21,983 nucleotides of DNA from a virus: UHGV virus genome UHGV-1604392; one strand, given 5' to 3'. Below the pieces are notes generated by a model. That model searched no databases, had not been told where the DNA came from, and saw only the letters and a list, made by a program, of their open reading frames with translations. Positions within the stretch are counted from its first letter, which is position 1, and each line of letters starts with the position of its first letter. The translations under genes were made by a program, and so were the position numbers. Below, in pieces: positions 1 to 5,818 of this stretch.

Positions 1-1119
1 ACATTGAACACGCTATTCGTCGATAAAAACTTGCGTTTTCACGGCCTGATGCAGGCATTTTCCCGCACCAACCGTATTTATGATGCAACTAAAACCTTCG
101 GTAATATCGTCACTTTCCGGGATCTGGAACGCTCAACTATTGATGCCATAACGCTGTTTGGTGACAAAAACACCAAAAATGTGGTGTTAGAAAAGAGTTA
201 TACAGAGTATATGGAAGGCTTTACTGATGCTACTACTGGTGAAGCTAAACGCGGCTTCATGACAGTAGTTTCAGAACTGGAACAACGGTTCCCTGACCCT
301 ACCAGTATTGAAAGTGAAAAAGAGAAGAAAGACTTCGTTAAACTGTTTGGCGAATACCTGCGTGCCGAGAACATCCTGCAAAACTATGATGAATTTGCCA
401 CGCTAAAAGCCCTGCAACAAATCGATCTTAGCGATCCTGTTGCGGTAGAAAAATTCAAAGCAGAACATTATGTGGATGATGAAAAGTTCGCTGAATTGCA
501 AACAATTCGTCTCCCTGCTGATCGCAAGATTCAGGATTATCGTTCTGCCTATAACGATATTCGCGACTGGCAGCGCCGTGAGAAAGAAGCTGAGAAAAAA
601 GAGAAATCAACCACTGACTGGGATGACGTAGTTTTTGAGGTCGATTTGCTGAAGTCTCAGGAAATAAACCTGGATTATATCCTTGGACTGATTTTCGAAC
701 ACAACAGACAAAATAAAGGCAAGGGCGAAATGATCGAAGAGGTCAAACGCTTAATTCGTTCAAGCCTAGGGAACCGTGCTAAAGAGGGCCTGGTGGTCGA
801 TTTTATTCAGCAAACGAACCTGGATGATTTACCGGACAAAGCCAGCATCATTGACGCATTCTTTACGTTTGCTCAACGCGAACAGCAACGTGAAGCAGAA
901 GCATTGATAAAAGAAGAAAATCTCAATGAAGATGCAGCAAAACGCTATATTCGCACGTCTTTAAAACGCGAATATGCCACCGAAAATGGCACAGAATTAA
1001 ACGAAACATTACCAAAACTTAGTCCGTTGAATCCGCAATATAAAACGAAAAAACAGGCAGTTTTCCAGAAAATCGTCTCGTTTATTGAGAAGTTTAAAGG
1101 CGTAGGCGGAAAAATATAG
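1..1119 (+). CDS. hsdR: Type I restriction enzyme R subunit (HsdR), C-terminal part; the 5' end lies upstream of the window
   Basis: Frame is open from the window edge to TAG at 1117-1119. An SF2 helicase motif VI-like QAFSRTNR sits near the start of the fragment, followed by a long helical C-terminal region as in HsdR proteins. Confidence 0.75.
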   Translation, partial: TLNTLFVDKNLRFHGLMQAFSRTNRIYDATKTFGNIVTFRDLERSTIDAITLFGDKNTKNVVLEKSYTEYMEGFTDATTGEAKRGFMTVVSELEQRFPDPTSIESEKEKKDFVKLFGEYLRAENILQNYDEFATLKALQQIDLSDPVAVEKFKAEHYVDDEKFAELQTIRLPADRKIQDYRSAYNDIRDWQRREKEAEKKEKSTTDWDDVVFEVDLLKSQEINLDYILGLIFEHNRQNKGKGEMIEEVKRLIRSSLGNRAKEGLVVDFIQQTNLDDLPDKASIIDAFFTFAQREQQREAEALIKEENLNEDAAKRYIRTSLKREYATENGTELNETLPKLSPLNPQYKTKKQAVFQKIVSFIEKFKGVGGKI

Positions 1120-1135
1120 CCCAATTCGTGTTTTT

Positions 1136-1163
1136 CTTGCGGGTTCTTAATTAAACCCGCAAG
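1136..1163. other. Perfect inverted repeat (10-bp stem cttgcgggtt/aacccgcaag) just after the hsdR stop; no U-tract after it on either strand
   Basis: Read directly from sequence; a T-run precedes rather than follows the stem, so it is not a canonical intrinsic terminator. Confidence 0.3.
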
Positions 1164-1198
1164 AGACCGTGGGGTTCCAAATGGCTAATATACTCCCC

Positions 1199-1285
1199 TT
1201 ACCCATGAGCGACGATGCCGCCAAAAGTGATAGAGAACAGCCAGAAATAGATCGCGGCCATAATGATTTTGAATGCCGTGCTCAT
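1199..1285 (-). CDS. 28-aa hydrophobic peptide (MSTAFKIIMAAIYFWLFSITFGGIVAHG), single predicted transmembrane helix; below the 60-aa ORF-track cutoff
   Basis: ATG at 1285-1283 preceded by AGGAG 8 nt upstream; TAA stop at 1201-1199; lies downstream of a C1-operator-like site and a promoter-like TTGCTC-17nt-TAAAAC. Confidence 0.4.
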   Translation of the reverse strand: MSTAFKIIMAAIYFWLFSITFGGIVAHG

Positions 1286-1313
1286 ATTTTCAGCTCCTGT
1301 GATTGATTGGATA

Positions 1314-1344
1314 CATGCCGCGCCTTGCGGCATGTTTTTATTTT
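1314..1344 (+). terminator. Rho-independent terminator (8-bp GC stem catgccgc/gcggcatg, loop gcctt, then TTTTTATTTT) for plus-strand transcripts
   Basis: Stem and T-tract read from sequence; the same hairpin lies in the 5' leader of the minus-strand peptide mRNA. Confidence 0.55.
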
Positions 1345-1367
1345 CACTTTCTCTGTTTTAAAAATCA

Positions 1368-1384
1368 ATATTTATTAGAGCAAT
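1368..1384 (-). promoter_or_regulatory. P1 C1-repressor operator-like site (reverse complement ATTGCTCTAATAAATaTT, 1 mismatch to the 17-bp consensus as I recall it)
   Basis: Motif match; near-identical 27-bp module recurs at 9421-9447. Confidence 0.6.
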
Positions 1385-1890
1385 TATTGCTGGTGAAGAA
1401 GCGCATTTTCATACTCCCTGACCATTAACGTAAGCACGCCGTGCCTCCTGAAAACACGCGCCACTTCAATCTTATCTTCCAGCGCGAACGCGATTTTACT
1501 TAGACCAATTTTCTTAAGGAGATCAATCTTTGCTGGGCCGTCATTTCTGTCATCGGTGGCAGGACGCATAGATAGCAAAGGCTCAGCCCCGTTTGTTACG
1601 TACTTCCGCAGCCAGGCTCGTGTTTTATCCCTTGCGATCTCACAGCGCCCGGTTACAAACCAGACCGTGTAAACGTTAAATAACTGGCGCACCATATCAA
1701 TAACTGGAGTGATGGGAGTATCGGTGTCACAGGCGAGATTAAACTCGTTCCAGTCCTTTGTTAATGCACCTTTACCTAGTGGCGGAAGCAAATGCAGTCT
1801 GTCTTCAGTTGCCTCTGATATTGTTCCATCAATATCGACTATGACGATATACGGACGTTCCTGGTGTGCGTGTTTATTGAAAATACTCAA
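1384..1890 (-). CDS. HAD-superfamily polynucleotide 3'-phosphatase (phosphatase domain of T4 polynucleotide kinase type), no kinase domain
   Basis: Motifs IVIVDIDGTIS (DxDGT), CDTD, WFVTGR and DDR, in the order I recall for the T4 Pnk phosphatase domain; TTG start at 1890 with GAGGAGG 5 nt upstream. Confidence 0.75.
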   Translation of the reverse strand: MSIFNKHAHQERPYIVIVDIDGTISEATEDRLHLLPPLGKGALTKDWNEFNLACDTDTPITPVIDMVRQLFNVYTVWFVTGRCEIARDKTRAWLRKYVTNGAEPLLSMRPATDDRNDGPAKIDLLKKIGLSKIAFALEDKIEVARVFRRHGVLTLMVREYENALLHQQ

Positions 1891-1909
1891 ATGCCCTCCT
1901 CATTGGACC

Positions 1910-1943
1910 AAAAAAATGCTGGTGGGCGCACTCCACCAGCATT
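1910..1943 (-). terminator. Rho-independent terminator on the minus strand (10-bp stem atgctggtgg/ccaccagcat followed by U7), between the 420-aa gene and the phosphatase gene
   Basis: Perfect 10-bp inverted repeat with a 7-nt loop; the A7 run at 1910-1916 gives U7 after the stem on the minus-strand transcript. Confidence 0.6.
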
Positions 1944-1962
1944 AAAAGTGACACTGTAACTA

Positions 1963-3225
1963 TTAGCGGACGTAAATAGTGCCGCCGTTCTCTTTTTCCC
2001 ATGCATCGCTAAGTGCATAGCAAACATCAAGAAGTCTTCTTGCCGCTGTTTCCTCTAAACCCAATTCGACAACCAACTGCTCATGACGGCGGGTAACCAC
2101 ATCAAACAGGGTATGCAGCCCTTTAGTTGCCAGATCATCAATGAATTCCGGTTCGAACGGCAGCTCTGCATCTGCCAACATAACCTCTTGCGCCCACTCA
2201 ACTCGACGGACCAGTTCCGGGCGGCGGCTTTCCATCTCTTTACAGATCAATTCATGGAAGAACTCTACCCAACCTTCCGGCTGGAACTCGCGGAAAATTG
2301 CCAACGGCTGGAAGTTTGGCATCAACCATTCGTTGATTCGGATATCAATGGCATAGCCCATGTCGCAGCAGAACTGATAAGCAAAGTCCAGCTTAGAAAC
2401 GATATAAGGACGCTCGTTATTGAACTCTTTAGGCGATGAGATCCCATAAGCCAGGAGGCGCGGGAAGAAGGAGATTTGCCCTAACGTCGGATGAAGTTTG
2501 CTTGCAGGGAAACGGCGCTCAGTAATGCCATACATTTCCTTCTTGAGCGTCGCAAATTTGGCATTCTCATTAACCAGCGCGGTAACCTCTGCTTTTTTAT
2601 TAGCAAATGCCACGCGCGCCTCGCTTGCATCTTTAATAGTTTTTTTGAGCTGTTGGTTAAGGTCGGCGACCTGCTTACGCAGTTCCTGTCGCTCGCTTTT
2701 AGCTTTGTTATAGCGTTTCTCAAGGTTAAAAGGATCAAGTTTCATGATCTCTTTATATTGAGATTTTAGCGTTGAAATCTGTGAGTTCCGCAGTTCAACC
2801 ATCGCGGTCATTTCATTGAGTTTTGTTTCCAGCTCAATGCTTATACGTTCGGCATTATCAGCACGCTGGTTGGCGTCATGCATCGCATCGTCGATCGCGT
2901 CCTGTTGCTGGCGTTTCAAATGTTCAATTTGCAGCTGAAGCTCTTCAATTTCTTTACCCTTCAGACCAAGATCCAACTGCATATTTTCAGCTGCATCTAC
3001 CAGGGAGTTATGGCTATCAGCTTCTGCGTTATAAACATCAATAAGCTGTGCGTGAAGCATCTCCGCTGACTGAACCGCATTATCAAAAAAACGTGCTGTG
3101 AGGTCATCACAACTAACGCGGCGTTGCGCGGCCCGGATGTTCTGGATAATGGCCGGGATACCGGCATTCAAGACATCAGGGATAGATACATTTTCGATTG
3201 ATTGCTTTTGTGCTGAAGTGCTCAT
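1963..3225 (-). CDS. 420-aa protein: long N-terminal coiled coil (about residues 30-225) plus C-terminal globular domain of unknown function
   Basis: Long ORF; heptad-rich E/K/Q/L sequence; its ATG lies 1 nt after the stop of the upstream 72-aa ORF (tight coupling). No catalytic motif recognised. Confidence 0.75.
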   Translation of the reverse strand: MSTSAQKQSIENVSIPDVLNAGIPAIIQNIRAAQRRVSCDDLTARFFDNAVQSAEMLHAQLIDVYNAEADSHNSLVDAAENMQLDLGLKGKEIEELQLQIEHLKRQQQDAIDDAMHDANQRADNAERISIELETKLNEMTAMVELRNSQISTLKSQYKEIMKLDPFNLEKRYNKAKSERQELRKQVADLNQQLKKTIKDASEARVAFANKKAEVTALVNENAKFATLKKEMYGITERRFPASKLHPTLGQISFFPRLLAYGISSPKEFNNERPYIVSKLDFAYQFCCDMGYAIDIRINEWLMPNFQPLAIFREFQPEGWVEFFHELICKEMESRRPELVRRVEWAQEVMLADAELPFEPEFIDDLATKGLHTLFDVVTRRHEQLVVELGLEETAARRLLDVCYALSDAWEKENGGTIYVR

Positions 3226-3226
3226 T

Positions 3227-3445
3227 TCAAAGTTCCGTATTAGCTTGTGCTTCGGTCATTTTTCCTAAGTATGAAGGAGGAAGGACTACGCAATTTGTAT
3301 CCAGTCCCTCACCTATGGCAGCCTGTAAAATTCTGGCTAAGGTGAGTCTCTTGTTGCGATACCTGGTGATGACATGCCTGATACCGCCGGTCGGCGTAAC
3401 AAAGGCGATCAGCCAGTAGTGATATTTCCGTCGGAATGGCCACAT
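3227..3445 (-). CDS. 72-aa basic small protein, translationally coupled to the 420-aa coiled-coil gene
   Basis: ORF begins right after the operator/palindrome region and ends 1 nt before the next start; function unknown. Confidence 0.55.
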   Translation of the reverse strand: MWPFRRKYHYWLIAFVTPTGGIRHVITRYRNKRLTLARILQAAIGEGLDTNCVVLPPSYLGKMTEAQANTEL

Positions 3446-3459
3446 AGTGCACCCTTTAG

Positions 3460-3476
3460 ATTGCTCTAATAAAAAA
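3460..3476 (+). promoter_or_regulatory. C1-operator-like site (ATTGCTCTAATAAAaaa)
   Basis: 14/17 match to the operator consensus; inverted relative to the site at 3509-3525. Confidence 0.45.
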
Positions 3477-3500
3477 CGTGATGAGTGTACATCACGTTTT
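3471..3500. repeat. Perfect palindrome AAAACGTGATG-agtgta-CATCACGTTTT (11-bp arms) between two inverted operator-like sites
   Basis: Read directly; could be a bidirectional terminator (GC stem flanked by T-runs on both strands) or a dimeric protein-binding site. Confidence 0.5.
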
Positions 3501-3508
3501 AAAAATAT

Positions 3509-3525
3509 GGAATTATTAGAGCAAT
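3509..3525 (-). promoter_or_regulatory. C1-operator-like site (reverse complement ATTGCTCTAATAAtTcc)
   Basis: Motif match immediately upstream (on the minus strand) of the 72-aa/420-aa operon. Confidence 0.55.
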
Positions 3526-3526
3526 A

Positions 3527-4228
3527 TTATTCTGATTCTCGCTCAAAAAACGAGCTAATAAGGGGAAGCCAATCCTCTGACACTTCGCGAGGTCGCGGTT
3601 TGCCGTGGAAAAAGATTATTCGGCAGTCCTTTGGTAATGCCCCATTCCCCCTGGAGTAACGCGCGCTCGCATATTTTGAACCAGGTTCCACAACATCGGC
3701 CTTGTAACTTACAAACCATCCTGGATACAGATCCTGAAATGCTGGTGTATCATCGCCCATAACCTTCCGTAAGAACCCCTGATCACCCCAGCACTCAGTA
3801 GTGACACAACGAGAAATCCAACCTTCCGGATCTTGCCAGAATGAACTCCAGATATGCGCTTTTACACTATTTGGTATCCACAGGGCACCGCTACCACGAT
3901 ATTGTGGATGGTAAAAATCCCTAAGCATGGTGAAGCTGGTTGGTGGATTCTCAAGGATTGGGCGTATATCACCGGCAATAACTGTGTCCAAATCCAGATA
4001 GAACAGATCATCTGTTATATCCGGTCGGAACAACTCGATTTTCGCCCACCAGCCACGGCACTTTTGCCACTGGTTGATCAATGGGACAACTTTGACGCCA
4101 GGTACATGTAAACGCTTCAGGTCTGTCAGGCAAATAATTTCATAGCCTTTTGGCAGTTGATTAACCAGCCACTGCACATCGGAAGCGTTATAGTCACCAC
4201 CAGAGCGAAAAACTAAAGCAATCTTCAT
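3527..4228 (-). CDS. Putative glycosyltransferase-like protein (DxD-type motif YLDLDTV), 233 aa
   Basis: N-terminal [13 protein letters not shown]... followed by LDLD resembles nucleotide-sugar transferase folds; its start overlaps the stop of the phosphatase remnant (ATGA overlap). Confidence 0.55.
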   Translation of the reverse strand: MKIALVFRSGGDYNASDVQWLVNQLPKGYEIICLTDLKRLHVPGVKVVPLINQWQKCRGWWAKIELFRPDITDDLFYLDLDTVIAGDIRPILENPPTSFTMLRDFYHPQYRGSGALWIPNSVKAHIWSSFWQDPEGWISRCVTTECWGDQGFLRKVMGDDTPAFQDLYPGWFVSYKADVVEPGSKYASARYSRGNGALPKDCRIIFFHGKPRPREVSEDWLPLISSFFERESE

Positions 4229-4509
4229 GCTGCACCATCACCTTTCACTTTCATCAATGTCAGGTTTCCGCAAAATACGGCACCAGTGTCGATATACTGC
4301 TGATTCCAGAATGTCTTCGGGCTTTTCACCGGAGTGTGACCAAAGATAAAACGATCTGCGCCCGAAATTTCGCCACCAATATCATCCATCGAATCACTGA
4401 TACGCTCGCGCGCCCAGACAACGTTGAAAAGCGGCACCTCCTTACCGAATTGATATTCATTATCCGGATAGTCGGCATGGGCTATAACCTTTTTTCTGCC
4501 CTTCAGCCT
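4225..4509 (-). pseudogene. ppp: C-terminal half of a lambda-type Ser/Thr protein phosphatase (metallophosphatase); frame open without a usable start, N-terminal catalytic motifs absent
   Basis: Translation ...[23 protein letters not shown]...[15 protein letters not shown]...[21 protein letters not shown] closely matches the lambda phosphatase C-terminus as I recall it; the frame opens only after a TGA at about 4510 and overlaps the end of the upstream ORF. Confidence 0.6.
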
Positions 4510-4810
4510 TCATTTTCCCGGCGGTTGCTTTTGAACGTTTCCCTCCGTTAGGCGTTGCATGCAACAGCTCATAGATGTCAGGGTGCTTGCGTTCGATGTA
4601 ATCAAAAATGAAAACCTGCTCGAAGTGCTCGCAATTTCCGTCGCGCAGGTCTGGGTTCTTTGCCAGTGCTGCAAGTGCCTTCGCATGTGGAGAAACTTCT
4701 TTTACCGGCGCAAGCGATAAGAATGGATCCTTTTTGGTTTTTGGCCTGGACCGCCCCTTATTTCGACGCTCACTAAAAGCCTGAAACTCTTCCTCAGTAA
4801 AGCGCAACAT
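4460..4810 (-). CDS. 116-aa ORF; appears to be a degenerate N-terminal phosphatase domain (KKD...RDGNCEH...LL..NGG echoes lambda phosphatase but lacks GDxHG/GDxxDRG/GNHE)
   Basis: ATG at 4810 two nt after the stop of the upstream gene; ends in a different frame from the downstream phosphatase remnant, across an A6 run (about 4491-4496). Confidence 0.5.
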   Translation of the reverse strand: MLRFTEEEFQAFSERRNKGRSRPKTKKDPFLSLAPVKEVSPHAKALAALAKNPDLRDGNCEHFEQVFIFDYIERKHPDIYELLHATPNGGKRSKATAGKMKAEGQKKGYSPCRLSG

Positions 4811-4812
4811 AA

Positions 4813-5058
4813 TCAGTCAAATCCTGCCGGTCGCATGCCATATTTACGCTGTTTTGCGGCCTGCTCTTCCCTGTGCCATTGCGCACATTCAGCGTCACAA
4901 TAAATGCCTGATTCAATCGATTCATTGCAGTAACGACACTTCCCTGTAAATACCTGGCTCACGACCTGTGCCTGCTTTCTGATGTTATCGATGGCCATGT
5001 CTTTGAGAGCTTCTAACTGATTCATGCTCAGCTCTGCATCATCAACACGTTCTGCCAA
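4813..5058 (-). CDS. Small zinc-ribbon protein (coiled-coil helix plus CxxC-x9-CxxxC), TraR/DksA-like architecture
   Basis: TTG start with GAGGAA 7 nt upstream; four Cys in a C-terminal cluster after a helical N-terminus. Confidence 0.55.
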   Translation of the reverse strand: MAERVDDAELSMNQLEALKDMAIDNIRKQAQVVSQVFTGKCRYCNESIESGIYCDAECAQWHREEQAAKQRKYGMRPAGFD

Positions 5059-5115
5059 TTTTGTTTCCTCGTGAAGAACCTACTTAAGGGCAGAATGATA
5101 CATTCCACAATCAAA

Positions 5116-5132
5116 ATTGCACTAATAATTTT
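5116..5132 (+). promoter_or_regulatory. C1-operator-like site (ATTGCaCTAATAAtTTT) in the promoter region of the zinc-ribbon operon
   Basis: 15/17 match to the operator consensus; overlaps a candidate -35 for the minus-strand promoter (-10 TATCAT). Confidence 0.4.
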
Positions 5133-5204
5133 CTTTTATTAAGTTAAATATTCAACAAATGACTAGCAGTAGAATCACCATCATCTATTTCTGGCAGGCT
5201 GACT

Positions 5205-5750
5205 ATGGCTACATCAATCACTACAACCCAAAGCACCCGGCAATATCCTCTGTCGCGGTATGACGACCGCAACATAGCCGATCCAATACTCAGGGCAGAG
5301 CTGCGCAAAGAGGTGATGCTTATGTGTGAATCGAACGACAAGAATCTGACGATTTATTACGTTCTTCCCGATGAGCAATATCGCCCGGATTTGCTGGCTT
5401 ACCGTATGTGGGGCATACCTGTTGTGCCTCCCCGTTCCCTAATACGGGGACACTCTGCGGTCGATTTTTTGACGGGGGACGACTCATACCCCGTGGCATC
5501 TGGCTTCTTAGGCCGCTACCATCATCAGATCATCGTTTGCATTTACTTTAATGGTCAGTTTCTAAACCGCCGCAAAGTCGCTAACCATGACGAAAACCCT
5601 GAAAAAAACGCCCACCCGAAGATGGGCAAACTGGAAGCTCGTAACGCACTTCGGCGTTGCCACTTAGGCGCATGGTCAACCTGGCAACTCGGTGGTTTGT
5701 CTGGGAGGACTAGGCCCAGCCATGCTTACCGCCGCGCCTGTCGCGGCTAA
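5205..5750 (+). CDS. Doubtful ORF; only the first ~70 codons look protein-like, the rest is rare-codon rich and overlaps a hairpin cluster
   Basis: No convincing Shine-Dalgarno; downstream part rich in CTA/ATA/CGG/AGG codons with R/H/W/G-rich translation. Confidence 0.2.
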   Translation: MATSITTTQSTRQYPLSRYDDRNIADPILRAELRKEVMLMCESNDKNLTIYYVLPDEQYRPDLLAYRMWGIPVVPPRSLIRGHSAVDFLTGDDSYPVASGFLGRYHHQIIVCIYFNGQFLNRRKVANHDENPEKNAHPKMGKLEARNALRRCHLGAWSTWQLGGLSGRTRPSHAYRRACRG

Positions 5751-5801
5751 CAGCTAAATCGCTCTATAAATCACGATTCATTGAGGCTATATTACACTAA
5801 T

Positions 5802-5818
5802 AAATTTATTAGAGCAAT
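5802..5818 (-). promoter_or_regulatory. C1-operator site, exact 17/17 match (reverse complement ATTGCTCTAATAAATTT), overlapping the methyltransferase stop codon
   Basis: Exact consensus match read from sequence. Confidence 0.65.

Noticed and set aside
1136-1163. Hairpin after hsdR as the hsdR terminator
   Set aside because: No U-tract follows the stem on either strand; the canonical plus-strand terminator is further downstream at 1314-1344, so this hairpin is recorded only as a structure.
2083-2439. Plus-strand ORFs (2083-2439, 2491-2769, 7121-7516, 8100-8567, 16601-16879 and similar) lying antisense to or inside long genes
   Set aside because: They are shadow frames within strongly supported coding regions, lack ribosome-binding sites and have low-complexity or rare-codon-rich translations.
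4225-4437. Independent 70-aa gene starting at GTG (ORF track) encoding only the phosphatase C-terminus
   Set aside because: The GTG abuts the AAGGAGG with no spacer and the frame stays open for a further 24 codons upstream to a TGA at about 4510; better explained as the 3' part of a disrupted phosphatase gene.
5320-5345. tRNA-like T-loop (GTTCGATTC on the minus strand)
   Set aside because: Flanking bases cannot form the 5-bp T-stem and no acceptor or anticodon stem is present; no tRNA is supported.
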